From contig CAWFFH010000001.1 of NCBI GenBank assembly GCA_963815095.1, forward strand, positions 32,001 to 96,000: a DNA stretch of 64,000 nucleotides, written 5' to 3'. Source of the DNA: Candidatus Bathyarchaeota archaeon (lineage in GTDB: Archaea; Thermoproteota; Bathyarchaeia; Bathyarchaeales; Bathycorpusculaceae). Shown here one piece after another: positions 48,018 to 58,810 of this stretch (its first letter is position 1; every line of letters starts with the position of its first letter). The position numbers and the translations under genes were made by a program. Below the pieces are notes generated by a model. That model was not told where the DNA came from, did no database searches, and was given only the letters and a program-made list of their open reading frames with translations.

Positions 48018-49364
48018 TTACTCGTATCGAAGGGCTTCTACAGGTTTGAGTTTAGATGCGCGCCACGCAGGGTACAGTGCGAATATCACGCTGACACCTA
48101 AGCCGAACCCTAAAGCGCCTACTAGTACTTCCGGAGTTAGCAAAGGCGTTATTGTAAATCCTCCCCCACTTCCAAATATTCCTGAACCCAGAATCCCAGC
48201 GGTGATGTTCGCTAATATCCAGCCGAGTACGATGCCTATGATTGCGCCCATCAAACCGATTATCACTGATTCGCCAAGGAAAATGGTTAATACTGTTCTG
48301 CTTTTCATTCCTAAGGCTTTGAGGATGCCGATTTCACGTGTGCGCTCAATTAGCGAAACTATCATGATGTTCATAATTCCGATACCTGCGACTAATAATG
48401 AAATTGCTGCGATGCCCCCGAGGAACAATTGTAGTAAGCTAAAGATTCTGGTGAGTAACCCTAGAACTGCAGTTGCGGATATGACGGATACTTGATTGCT
48501 AAAGTGGTCTGTTATCAGTTTTGATACGGTTGTAATAGTTGCGTTGTCACTACTCTTGAGCTTGACGATTATCATGTCAGCTTGGTCAGTCCCTAAAAAG
48601 TTCTGCGCCTTATCAATAGGGATGTAGACGCCTGTATCTGATGGTCCGCCGATTCCGAAGCCACCGATTTTGCCGAGTACTCCTGTAACATTTGCGGTGT
48701 AGGTTTCGTTGATTGGTGGGAAAACAGGGACAAATGTTGCGTTTGTCCATATAATATAGATGCTGTAGCCTGTACCAAAGTAAAGTGTTCCGTTCTGTCC
48801 TGGCTGGTTTACGCGAGTGCCCACAACCACGTCGGTTTCAGCTGGGTTTGTAGGTATAGTTCCGCTTGCAGCTACAAAGGTAGTATCGTAAATTTGAGCA
48901 TATTTGGTGAAATCCACACCATAAATTGTGACCGTTCTGTTCAGGTTGCCTGATTGGATGTATCCTGTTCGACTTATCACGGCGATTGACGTGTCGATGT
49001 CAGGAGATAAGGCGTTAATTTCACTAGTGTAATTGACATAAAGGTTGAAGCCTGAGTTGCTGGTTCCTACTCCCCCGCCAAAGCCGCCTCCAGAACCGCC
49101 GCCTGGACCTGCGCCATCGCCTACACCACCTCCAGCTCCTGGGCCACTTAAAAAGCCCCCACTTCCCGGAGTTACAATCAATGTGTTAGCAGATAAGCCT
49201 TGGTTAAGTTGGTGGGTGAGTGTTGCTTGCAAGCCCTGAGTAATTGATAGCAAAGCCACTATGGCTGCGATGCCTATGATAACGCCAAGGGTTGTTAATG
49301 CTGCCCGGAGTTTGCGGAGTTTAATTGCGCTAAAAGAATAACCGAAAATATCTATTGTCTTCAT
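48018..49364 (-). CDS. MacB/FtsX-family ABC permease
   Basis: R..LT.LGVIIGIAA, GIGIMNIM.VS..ERTREIGILKALG, YPAWRASKL.PVEALRYE; Gly-rich extracytoplasmic loop. Confidence 0.92.
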   Translation of the reverse strand: MKTIDIFGYSFSAIKLRKLRAALTTLGVIIGIAAIVALLSITQGLQATLTHQLNQGLSANTLIVTPGSGGFLSGPGAGGGVGDGAGPGGGSGGGFGGGVGTSNSGFNLYVNYTSEINALSPDIDTSIAVISRTGYIQSGNLNRTVTIYGVDFTKYAQIYDTTFVAASGTIPTNPAETDVVVGTRVNQPGQNGTLYFGTGYSIYIIWTNATFVPVFPPINETYTANVTGVLGKIGGFGIGGPSDTGVYIPIDKAQNFLGTDQADMIIVKLKSSDNATITTVSKLITDHFSNQVSVISATAVLGLLTRIFSLLQLFLGGIAAISLLVAGIGIMNIMIVSLIERTREIGILKALGMKSRTVLTIFLGESVIIGLMGAIIGIVLGWILANITAGILGSGIFGSGGGFTITPLLTPEVLVGALGFGLGVSVIFALYPAWRASKLKPVEALRYE

Positions 49365-50059
49365 TGTTCATTCACCGTTTCAGCTGTTATTTCACCATCA
49401 AACATTTGCACGGTTCTTTTTGCTTCTCGAGCCAAATGCTGGTCATGAGTAACCATGATTATGCTAACACTGTTTTCAACGTTAAGTTTCTTGATTAAAG
49501 TTAACACTTCGTTTGCTGTTTTGGAATCCACGTTTCCTGTCGGTTCATCTAACAAAAGAAACTTGGGATTGTTTGCCAGGGCACGTGCAATGGCAACACG
49601 TTGTTGTTGTCCACCACTGAGTTCAGCAGGTTTATGGTTAATCCTGTCTTTCAAACCAACTGTTTCCAAAAGCTCGATTGCACGTTTCTTTCGGCCTTCT
49701 TTACTCAGGTTGGCTATTGACATGGATAATTCAACGTTGTCTCGAGCCGTTAAACGTGGAATCAGGTTAAAGAATTGGAACACAAAGCCTATTTTGAGTC
49801 TCAAGTCTGCAAGTTGATTATCGTTAAGCTTGGAGATATCTATACCATCAATTAATAGAGTGCCTGTACTAGGTTTGTCTAATGCTCCAATCAGGTTCAG
49901 CATCGTAGATTTGCCGCTTCCGGATGGACCCAGAATGGCTACGAAATCGCCAGTTTCAACTTTGAGATTTACACCTCGAAGTGCTTCCACTGGCACTTTG
50001 CCAAGCATGTAAGTTTTTGTTACTTCGATTGCTTCAACCACTGGAATTGTTTTTGACAT
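49361..50059 (-). CDS. MacB/LolD-type ABC ATP-binding protein
   Basis: [45 protein letters not shown]. Confidence 0.94.
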   Translation of the reverse strand: MSKTIPVVEAIEVTKTYMLGKVPVEALRGVNLKVETGDFVAILGPSGSGKSTMLNLIGALDKPSTGTLLIDGIDISKLNDNQLADLRLKIGFVFQFFNLIPRLTARDNVELSMSIANLSKEGRKKRAIELLETVGLKDRINHKPAELSGGQQQRVAIARALANNPKFLLLDEPTGNVDSKTANEVLTLIKKLNVENSVSIIMVTHDQHLAREAKRTVQMFDGEITAETVNEQ

Positions 50060-50202
50060 TTTATTTCGCCTCTTTCTCAACTATTGATTTATCTTGGAAA
50101 TGAGTCCGTCTTATAAATGATAGCTAAATTGCAAGATGGCTTTCGCGTAATGTAAGTTTAAATTCCTACCCTAAATAATAGTCAATAACGGAGCATTACC
50201 AA

Positions 50203-51009
50203 ATGTCCTACGTCTTCAACATCCCATATCGTGATAACAAAAAACTCAAAGCTGTCATGGAAAAAGTGAAGGACGACAAAAAACTCAAAACTTATTGGAG
50301 ATGCGCCAACGTTATGGCTATTGAACGCATGGGATACACTGATCATGGACCTACCCACGTTAAAATCGTAGCCAACCTCTCCCTTAAGCTCCTAAGGATT
50401 CTGGTTGAAAAAAAACTGATCACCCCAAGTATAGTTGAAAACTATGACTTGACAAATGACGACGCAGAAGTAGTTGTTGTTTTAGGCTCCATATTCCACG
50501 ATTTAGGCATGATTGTGCAGCGCAGAGACCACGAAAAATACAGCGCTTTTTTAGCCTTGGAGTTCTTTGACAAATTCTTAACTCCAACCTACAGCGAAGA
50601 AGAAAAAGCTATAATCACCTCCGAAGTCCTCCATGCCATCGTAACCCACGAAGAACCTCCCACCAACGAATCAACCTGCAAAATTTTAACCAAAGAAGCA
50701 GGTATAGTGGGAATCGCTGACGCTTTGGATATGGAAGCAGGAAGAGCCCGAATTCCCTTTCAATCGGGAAAAGTAGATATCCACGCCGTTTCAGCTTTAT
50801 CCATAGAAAAAGTGGACATTGAAGTTGCAGAAAACGGAGTAAAGCCCATCAACATAAAAATTAAAATGTCCAATTCCGCTGGCGTCTTCCAAATCGATGA
50901 ACTTTTAAAACCCCGAATCGTCAATTCTGGGCTGGAACAGTTTTTCCATGTTATCGCGGAAATTACAGGTGAAAAAGAAACCAAGATAATAGATAAATTC
51001 GAAATCTAA
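50203..51009 (+). CDS. HD-domain metal-dependent phosphohydrolase
   Basis: DHG.TH..IV, FHDLG, HE, ADALDM..GRAR, IHAVSA. Confidence 0.87.
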   Translation: MSYVFNIPYRDNKKLKAVMEKVKDDKKLKTYWRCANVMAIERMGYTDHGPTHVKIVANLSLKLLRILVEKKLITPSIVENYDLTNDDAEVVVVLGSIFHDLGMIVQRRDHEKYSAFLALEFFDKFLTPTYSEEEKAIITSEVLHAIVTHEEPPTNESTCKILTKEAGIVGIADALDMEAGRARIPFQSGKVDIHAVSALSIEKVDIEVAENGVKPINIKIKMSNSAGVFQIDELLKPRIVNSGLEQFFHVIAEITGEKETKIIDKFEI

Positions 51010-51026
51010 CTCTTGGAGGCGACACC

Positions 51027-52752
51027 ATGATTCATGAATACGACGTTGTGGTTATTGGAGGCGGAATCGCAGGATTATACACTGCCCTCACCGCATCCGA
51101 AAACGCCAAAGTCGCCGTCATAAGCAAAGTGCACGTTACCCGTTCTCATTCAGTTGCGGCGCAAGGCGGCATCGCAGCAAGCCTTGGCAACGAGGAAGAG
51201 GACCATTGGGAATGGCACATGTACGACACCATAAAAGGCAGCGACTATCTCGCCGACCAAAACGCTGTAGAGATTCTGACTAAAGAAGCCCCAAACGCCA
51301 TCTACACACTCGAACACATGGGCGTTCCCTTTAGCCGAAACACAGAGGGAAAAATTGACCAGCGCCGATTTGGAGGACACACCAAAAACTTTGGCGAAGC
51401 CCCCATTAAACGCGCATGCTACGCCTCAGACCACACAGGACGAGCAATAATGGATACTCTTTTCGACCGATGCCTCCAAAAAGGCGTAACATTTCACAAC
51501 GAAGTATTCATCCAGAACTTGCTCTTCTCATTAAACAATTGTTGCGGCGCCGCAGGATACGACATCGCCACCTCAACTCCACATGTTTTCCATGCCAAAG
51601 CAGTAGTTTTAGCAACTGGAGGATGTGGCAAAATCTACAAAACCACCAGCAACGGCTTCGCTTCAACAGGAGACGGCTTTGCTCTTGCTTTGGACGCACT
51701 CTTGCCTTTGGAAGATATGGAGTTTGTCCAGTTTCACCCCACAGGAATCTACGGACTTCGGAATCCTCATAAGTGAAGCTGCAAGAGCAGAAGGCGGCAT
51801 TTTGCGCAACGGTTTAGGCGAACGTTTCATGGAACGTTATGCGCCAACATTGAAGGAATTAGCCCCCCGAGACATCGTTTCACGGGCAATCCTCAAAGAG
51901 ATAAACGAGGGAAAAGGAATCGACGGCAAGGATTATGTTTACCTTGACCTGCGAAAAATTGGAAAAGAACGGTTAAACCAAAAACTTCCCGAGATAACTT
52001 CATTCGTCAAAACCTACTTGGGAATCGACCCTAGCGAAACGCAGATTCCTGTTGCTCCAACATGCCACTACATAATGGGTGGAATCCCCACAGATACTGA
52101 TGGACACGTTTTAGCCGATAAAGCAGGTACAATTCTGCCGGGGTTGTATGCTGCTGGGGAATGCGCTTGTGTAAGTGTGCATGGTGCTAACCGTTTAGGT
52201 TGCAACTCGCTCATTGACTTGGTTGTTTTTGGTCGCAGAGCAGGTTTGAGTGTTCTTAGAGAGATTAAAGCAAGACTTTGTCAGCCATTGCCAATCCAAG
52301 CTGAAAACATTGTAGTGGATAAAATTAATAGTTTACTTGAATCCAAAGGTACCGAACGCGTCTCCGTCTTAAGGGAAACATTGCAGTGCTTAATGACTGA
52401 ACAATGCAGCGTTTTCAGAAACGGTCAAACTCTCAAACAAACATTGAGTCAGATTCACCAACTCAAAAAACGAATTACAAACGTCGGTTTAACGAATAGA
52501 TCCAGATTTTTTAATTATGAGTTGCAGGAAGCCTTAGAACTAAACAATATGCTTAGGGTTGCAGAAGTTATTGTTTATTCTGCGTTTATGCGTAGGGAAA
52601 GTCGTGGGGCTCATTTCCGCAGCGACTTCTTGGAGCGGAATGATGAAGAATGGCTCAAACACACGTTTGTTAACGAAATGCCAACAGGGCTAAAAGAAAG
52701 CTTCAAACCTCTTGTAGCTGGCAGGTTTGCGCCCAAAAAACGGAGGTATTAA
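51027..52752 (+). CDS. sdhA: Succinate dehydrogenase / fumarate reductase flavoprotein subunit, frameshift near 51757
   Basis: GGGIAG, RSHSVAAQGG (covalent-FAD His), EFVQFHPTG | LISEA.R.EGG, LAPRDIVSR, HY.MGG, HGANRLG.NSL, RRESRGAHFR. Confidence 0.92.
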
Positions 52753-52754
52753 CC

Positions 52755-53480
52755 GTGAAGATTACCTTGAAGGTTTATCGTTTCAACCCTGAAATCGACA
52801 AGGAATTTCATTATGATACTTTCAAGGTAGATGCAGAACCTAATGAACGAATTCTCGACTGCCTAAACAAAATCCGCTGGCAACAAGACACCACGCTCTC
52901 TTTTCGAATGTCCTGCGCCCATGGAATCTGCGGTTCCGACGGCTTAACAATCAACAGCCAAACCGCCTTGGCCTGCCAAAAACTTGTCAAAGACTACGAT
53001 TATACCAAGGAAATTCTCATTGAACCCCTAAAATATTTTAGCGTTTTAAAGGATTTGATTGTTGATTTAGCACCGTTTTTTGAAAGAATCAAATCGATTA
53101 ACCCACAAACTCCTCAAACCATAACGATTGCTGACTTGGAAAAGGAAAGAATCCAAAGCCCACAAGAACGCAATCGATTCGACGACGCCCTAAAATGTAT
53201 CCTCTGCGGTTGCTGCTACGGCGCTTGCCCAGTCATGACAGAGCAAGACCTTGAATTCCTCGGACCAGCCGCCATTCTAAGAGAGGAGCGATACATTTTC
53301 GACTCCAGAACCTCCAACAATCCAGAACGTTTAGAAATTCTAAAAAAGCCTCATAGCATTTGGGGCTGCAAAAGCTACTACATGTGCACAGTGGTTTGTC
53401 CAAAAAAAATTAAGGTCACTGAGGCAATCTTAAAAACTAAAAAGAAGATTATAGAAGAACAACAACCCAAGAATGAATAG
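52755..53480 (+). CDS. sdhB: Succinate dehydrogenase / fumarate reductase Fe-S subunit
   Basis: SC.HGICGSD...N....LAC (2Fe-2S), CILCGCCYGACP, C.....CT.VCPK. Confidence 0.93.
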   Translation: MKITLKVYRFNPEIDKEFHYDTFKVDAEPNERILDCLNKIRWQQDTTLSFRMSCAHGICGSDGLTINSQTALACQKLVKDYDYTKEILIEPLKYFSVLKDLIVDLAPFFERIKSINPQTPQTITIADLEKERIQSPQERNRFDDALKCILCGCCYGACPVMTEQDLEFLGPAAILREERYIFDSRTSNNPERLEILKKPHSIWGCKSYYMCTVVCPKKIKVTEAILKTKKKIIEEQQPKNE

Positions 53481-53492
53481 GCAGGAAAAGCT

Positions 53493-54878
53493 ATGGAAAC
53501 CAGAAAAGAAATTGACCCATTAGGCGAACGTGCAATCCCCAAAAACGTGTACTTTGGAATTCAAACATTGAGGGCAACCGAGAATTTTCCAGTCAGCGGA
53601 ATTAAAGCTTCCTTGCCATTCATCAAGGCTTATGTTCTTATCAAAAAAGCAGCCGCATTAGCCAATTTTCAAGTCGGCTGCCTTGAAGAAAAAAAAGCCA
53701 AGACAATAATGCAAGCCTGTGACGAAATCCTCGACGGCAAACTGCTTGACCAATTCGTCGTGGACGTTTTCCAGGCAGGCGCAGGAACATCATTTAACAT
53801 GAATGTTAACGAAGTTTTAGCTAACCGGGCACTTGAACTTCTGGGAAATCAAAAAGGCGAATACAAACTTGTTGGCCCCAACGACCATGTAAATATGGGG
53901 CAATCAACCAACGACACATTCCCAACAGCTTTGCATGTTTCAGTTTTGATGGCACTTCACCCCCTGCTTGTTGCGCTTGATGAACTCTCAGCAGCTTTTG
54001 AGGAATTAGGAAAGACGAACGGTCATGTTCTCAAGTCAGGCAGAACGCATTTACAGGATGCAGTTCCAGTGACGATGGGGCAGGAATTTAGCGCTTATGG
54101 TTCAGCAATTGCTAACGCGGCTGCTGAGTTGCGGAAAAGGCAGGAGAATCTCTATGCGGTTGCTTTAGGCGGCACCGCTACAGGTACAGGCGCCAATACA
54201 CACCCAAACTACAAACGCATAGCCATTGCGGAGTTAGCTAAACTGACTGGTTTCCCACTTAAACCTGCTAAAGACAATTTTGAAGCCTTACAGAGCCACC
54301 GTGCTGCTCAGTCGGTTTCCAGTGGACTCAAAGAGTTGGCGCTGGAGCTTATCCGCATAGCGAACGATTTGCGTCTTCTATCTTCCGGTCCCACAACGGG
54401 GCTCAACGAGATTACCTTGCCTGCTGTGCAACCTGGCTCATCCATAATGCCTGGAAAAGTGAATCCTGTTATGGCGGAGTGCCTTGACATGGTGGCTTTC
54501 CAAGTGGTCGGCAACGATTTAGCAACATCCATGGCAGTGCAGGCAGGGCAACTGGAACTCAACGTCATGATGCCAGCCATAGCCTACAATATGCTCTTCA
54601 GCATCCAAATTCTCAGCAACTATCTACCAGTCTTCACCAAAAAATGCGTCCAAGGCATAACCGTTGACCAGAAACGCTGCGAACAATACCTAGAAAAAAA
54701 CCCCTCACTTGCAACATTACTTGCGCCCAAAATCGGCTATTTGGAAGCTGCCAAAATCGCCAAGCAAGCCCAAGTGGAAAACCGTACCGTAAAAGAGGTT
54801 GCCAAGGAAAAAGGCTTGTTAAAACCTGCAGAACTGGAAAAGATTTTCAGCCGCAAGAACCTGCTAAATGAGCAATAA
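53493..54878 (+). CDS. Aspartate ammonia-lyase / class II fumarate hydratase
   Basis: GIQTLRA.ENF, QAGAGTSFNMNVNE, PNDHVNMGQSTND, GRTHLQDAVP, GSSIMPGKVNP. Confidence 0.9.
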   Translation: METRKEIDPLGERAIPKNVYFGIQTLRATENFPVSGIKASLPFIKAYVLIKKAAALANFQVGCLEEKKAKTIMQACDEILDGKLLDQFVVDVFQAGAGTSFNMNVNEVLANRALELLGNQKGEYKLVGPNDHVNMGQSTNDTFPTALHVSVLMALHPLLVALDELSAAFEELGKTNGHVLKSGRTHLQDAVPVTMGQEFSAYGSAIANAAAELRKRQENLYAVALGGTATGTGANTHPNYKRIAIAELAKLTGFPLKPAKDNFEALQSHRAAQSVSSGLKELALELIRIANDLRLLSSGPTTGLNEITLPAVQPGSSIMPGKVNPVMAECLDMVAFQVVGNDLATSMAVQAGQLELNVMMPAIAYNMLFSIQILSNYLPVFTKKCVQGITVDQKRCEQYLEKNPSLATLLAPKIGYLEAAKIAKQAQVENRTVKEVAKEKGLLKPAELEKIFSRKNLLNEQ

Positions 54879-54910
54879 GCAATGCATACCGTTTGGTGTG
54901 TGTTAAAAAA

Positions 54911-55033
54911 AGGGAGCTATGCTCGGCGTAAACGTGTCCGGTACCCTTTAAGGCTCGAGCGACTTTAGGATTCAAAAAGGGTCCGGGCTGACATCGGCTT
55001 GATGTCGGTTAACGGTTAAACGCTTAGCTCTCT
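54911..55033. ncRNA. Candidate structured non-coding RNA (~120 nt), family unassigned
   Basis: GC-rich island with closing stem AGGGAGCTA/TAGCTCTCT, arm CCGGTACCCTTT/AAAGGGTCCGG and hairpin GCTGACATCG-gct-TGATGTCGGT. On the minus strand a TATA-like AAATATAA lies about 24 nt upstream and a T7 run directly downstream. Confidence 0.5.
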
Positions 55034-55244
55034 ACTAGAAGCTTTTGGGTTTTGTGGTTATATTTGTTTGTTGTTGTGGTGTGTAGCGAACATTTTGTAT
55101 AAGCTTTGTTGTGTGCTGTGACATTTGCATTAACCCTTCAATATATAAAAAAAACCAAGGCAAAGGGAGCGATGCAAATCTGAAGACAAAAATCTTTCTT
55201 AAAGTTTAAAGGCTTTTTTGCGCTATAATGTTGTGGGATTGCTT

Positions 55245-57628
55245 GTGAAAGTTTCTTTTTGGCTTTTGGATATTAACCCTAAAATTGATGGGGACGAGGG
55301 CACGCTTGAGTTGTGGCTTTGGGGAGTTGACTGTGCTGGCAATCGTGTGCTTATTATTGACCGCAATTTTGTTGCTTACTTTTATGCTGTTGTGGCTGAT
55401 GGGTCTGATGCATCGAAGGTTGCTGAGGCAATCATGAACGCTTATGGCAAATCAATTGTGACTGCGAAAGTTGCCCAGCGACGTTTCTTTGGCAAACTCG
55501 TGACGGCAATAAAGGTCTGTTGCAAGGTGGCAACAGAAACTGGAGTTCTTGCTAAGCAACTTCGAAGCGTCGAAGGTGTATCTGATTGCCTCGAAGACGA
55601 CATTCGCGCCTCTATGCGGTACCTAATCGACAACGAATTGGCACCCTGCGCATGGCATGAAGTAGAAGCCGTAGAAGAAGAGAACACAGAGGGCGTACGA
55701 GTCGCCAAGGTTTATGTTGCAACCTCTCCGCCCAAACAGCTAGACAACGTCTCGGTACCGCATTTGAGGGTTCTGGGTTTCTCCATGATTTGCTACAGCC
55801 GCGAAGGCTCCCCCAAACCCGACCGCAACCCCGTCCTGATAATCTCTACCTCAACTAGCAACGGCGAAAACAAACAGTTCATAGCAAACGACGACAAAAA
55901 CGATAAACCCGTCATCGAGGACTTCATAGCCTACGTTTGCCAGTTTGACCCCGACATCATATCAAGCTACGGAGCCAACACAGTCGATTGGACTTATCTG
56001 CGACGTAGAAGTCACAAGTTAAAAATGAAACTGAACTTTGACCGAGCCTACTTGGAACCGCACACCAGCGTTTACGGACACGTTTCAACCACAGGCACTG
56101 TGAACATTGATTTGGCGGACTTCATGGATGTGTTCCCCGAAGTTAAAGTGAAAAAGCTTTGGAATTTCGCGGACCATTTAGGCGTAATGAAAGACAAGCA
56201 GACAATCATTGAAGATGTGGAGTTTGCGGAATTTTGGGATGACAAACAGAAACGTGAAGAGTTGAAGCGTTTTGGGTTGGATAGTGCCTGCAAGGTTCAG
56301 GGCACCGTAGTGTTACTTTTGGATTTTGCCATGCAACTTGCTAACCTAACTAGTCTCCCACTGGATCATGTGATGACGGCGGCTGTGGGTTTCCGTGTGG
56401 AGTGGTTCCTAATCAAACAGGGACAGAAAATCGGCGAACTTATCCCTAGGCGTATCGAGCAGCCCTACCTACCTTATGCTGGGGGACTTGTTCTTTCGCC
56501 CAAACCAGGCTTGCATGAGAACATCGCCGTTTTAGACTTCAAATCGATGTACCCCAACATAATGATAAACTACAACCTCTCACCAGACACCTACATCTCC
56601 CCAGACAAACCTGAACCAGCAAGCGGCGTCTACACGGCACCCGAAGTCGGACACAAATTCCGTAAAGCACCGCCTGGATTCTACAAAGAGGCATTAACAT
56701 ATCTAATCAATGTAAGAGGCACCGTTCGACAAAAAATGAAAACCCTCAACCCCAAAACCGTCGAATATCAGGTTTTGGATGCTCGCCAAAAAGCCGTAAA
56801 AATCATAACAAACGCTGCTTACGGTTATGCTGGCTGGGTGGGCGCTCGATGGTACGTTAAGCCTGTTGCTGAAGCCGCCTCGGCTTGGGGGAGACACGCG
56901 ATTTTGTCGGCATCTCAGATGGCTGAAAAAGCCGGAATTCAGGTTGTTTACGGGGACACTGACAGCTTGTTCCTTAATTATGATGAAAGTAAAGTCAAAA
57001 AATTGGAAGAAGAAATCAAGAAGGAACTAAAATTGGATGTTGAAGTCGGCGAGGTTTACACCCGTATTTTCTTTACCGAAGCCAAAAAACGGTATGCAGG
57101 TTTACGGCAGGACGGCAGCCTTGACATCGTTGGTTTGGAAGTTATTCGAGGAGATTGGGCTGAGGTTGCCAAAAAAGTGCAGGAGCACGTTTTAGAAATA
57201 ATTCTGAAGGAACAGTCAGCCAAGAAAGCAAGCGATTATGCGCGTTTGGTGATTGCTGACTTAAAACATAGAAAAATTTCCCCTGCATGACCTCATCATT
57301 TGGAAAACCCTTACAAAACCTCCTGAAGACTACGCCATTAAAGCGCCCCATGTAGAAGCAGCCAAAATGCTCAAAGAGAAAGGCTGGCGACTAACGAGCG
57401 GCGACAAAGTCGGCTATGTAATTCTTGAAGGAAAAGGGCGGCTTTACAATCGCGTTAAACCATACGTTTTCGCCAAAACCGAAGAAATAGACGTTGAATA
57501 CTACATAACTAATCAAGTTTTGCCAGCAGCACACAAGGATACTAGCCTTCTTTGACGTAACTGAAGAAGAACTGCTAAAAGAAAGTAAAGAAACAAATGA
57601 GATTAGAAGCCTAATGGATTATGTTTAG
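55245..57628 (+). CDS. polB: Family B DNA polymerase (PolB3-like), two frameshifts (near 57278 and 57530)
   Basis: FWLLD N-terminus, YAGG.V..PK.G, DFKSMYPNIM..YN.SPDT, K...NA.YGY, YGDTDS, KKRYAG, GLE..RGDW. The shifted frames give DLIIWKTLTK...Y....PHV.AA, D..YYI.NQVLPAA and a C-terminal PIP-like RSLMDYV. Confidence 0.92.
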
Positions 57629-58810
57629 GCTGGTGGGATAGCATTTTGGAACGTTATCAAATCAACGTTTAATGCTGGTTTAACGGCTTCGGAGATGCGT
57701 GAGGCAACAATGCGTTTGATGTTTTTGTCTGCTGAGATGTCAACGATTCTTTGAGTGATGATGCCGTCGAAAACTATTGTGTCAACGCCAGTTACCTGTG
57801 AAAGTTTTTCGGCTAAGTTGACTTACTGGTAGGCGTTCGATTAATTCGAGTTTCTCGTTGAGCAGAACTGCTTCCAGTGTCCCAACTAATGCTTTTGCTG
57901 CTTGGCTTATGGTTTCTGGAACTTCAATTTTGAGGCGTTCAGGAACAACAACTTTTTTGGGTGCTGGAGCTGGTTTAGGAACACTAGCGCCTGCAGCTTC
58001 TGCAATAGGCAACTTGTTGTCTATAGCTTCAGCTATTTCTTTGCAGTTGCATTCCTCGATTTCTTTGCCTCTTGGAGCGCGACCAACAAACTTTACGTTT
58101 GTTACCTGCATTAGTTCTTTCAAGATTAAATCGCCGCCTCTATCGCCGTCAAGCAGCGCAGTGGCGGGTCTTTCTTTTGTTATCTTCTTTATCGAGTCAG
58201 GGACTTTTGCGCCTTCGAGGGCAACGGTGTTAAAGATTCCGCATCGCATCAAGTTAATTACGTCCGCGCGGCCTTCGACAACGATGATTTCTTTAGCGCC
58301 GTCTAATCCTGGTCCAGCTGGTAGGTCTTCTGGTCCGTACTTTTCTACTTTGCCAACTTTCATGGTGTCAGAGATTTCTTTGTAAACTTCGTCGACGCTT
58401 GGCATAGATTCGATATTCCATTTGTGAAGGATTTCTTTGGCGCGGTCAATGATTATTTTTCGGCGTGCTTCACGGATGTCTTCGATTTTGTCAAGGGTTA
58501 CTTTGGCTGAGCAGGGTCCGACGCGGTTTATGCTCTCAACGCTTGCTGCGATGAGGGCTGTAGAAACGCGGTCTAAGCTGGTCGGTATGGTTATTGAACC
58601 TGTGGTTCGGTCGTTTTTAGAATGTAAATCGATTTCGATTCTGCCGATACGTCCAGTTTTTTGGAGTTCTCGCAAGTCAAGTTCTGGACCGAAAAGTCCT
58701 TCTGTTTGACCAAAAACTGCTCCAATAACGTCGGGTTTTTCAACTACACCTTCAATTTCAAATCTAGCGTGTACAACGTACTTTATCGTAAATGTTTGGG
58801 ATGTTCCCGT
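57625..58810 (-). CDS. dnaG: Archaeal DnaG (TOPRIM; exosome-associated / primase-like), frameshift near 57816, no canonical start codon
   Basis: KY...A.FEIEGVVEKPDVIGAVFGQTEGL.G.ELDLRELQKTGRIGRI, PT.LDR..TALIAA..ES, IVVEGRADV.NL, DGDRGG, RAP.G.E.E. The shifted frame gives IVFDGIITQR.VD. Confidence 0.92.

Noticed and set aside
54940-54990. Minus-strand CCCGGACCCTTTTTGAATCC resembles the helix III / loop C region of archaeal 5S rRNA
   Set aside because: The conserved CGAAC is absent, the segment sits at the wrong position in the molecule and the pairing scheme differs from 5S, so it was not called rRNA.
54985-55010. CTGA and TGATGT as C/D box sRNA elements
   Set aside because: They are the two arms of one hairpin, and terminal C and D boxes are missing.
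57270-57540. Programmed ribosomal frameshifting or a naturally split polB
   Set aside because: Similar single-base insertions occur in unrelated genes across the window with no shared slippery site or stimulator, so sequencing error is more parsimonious.
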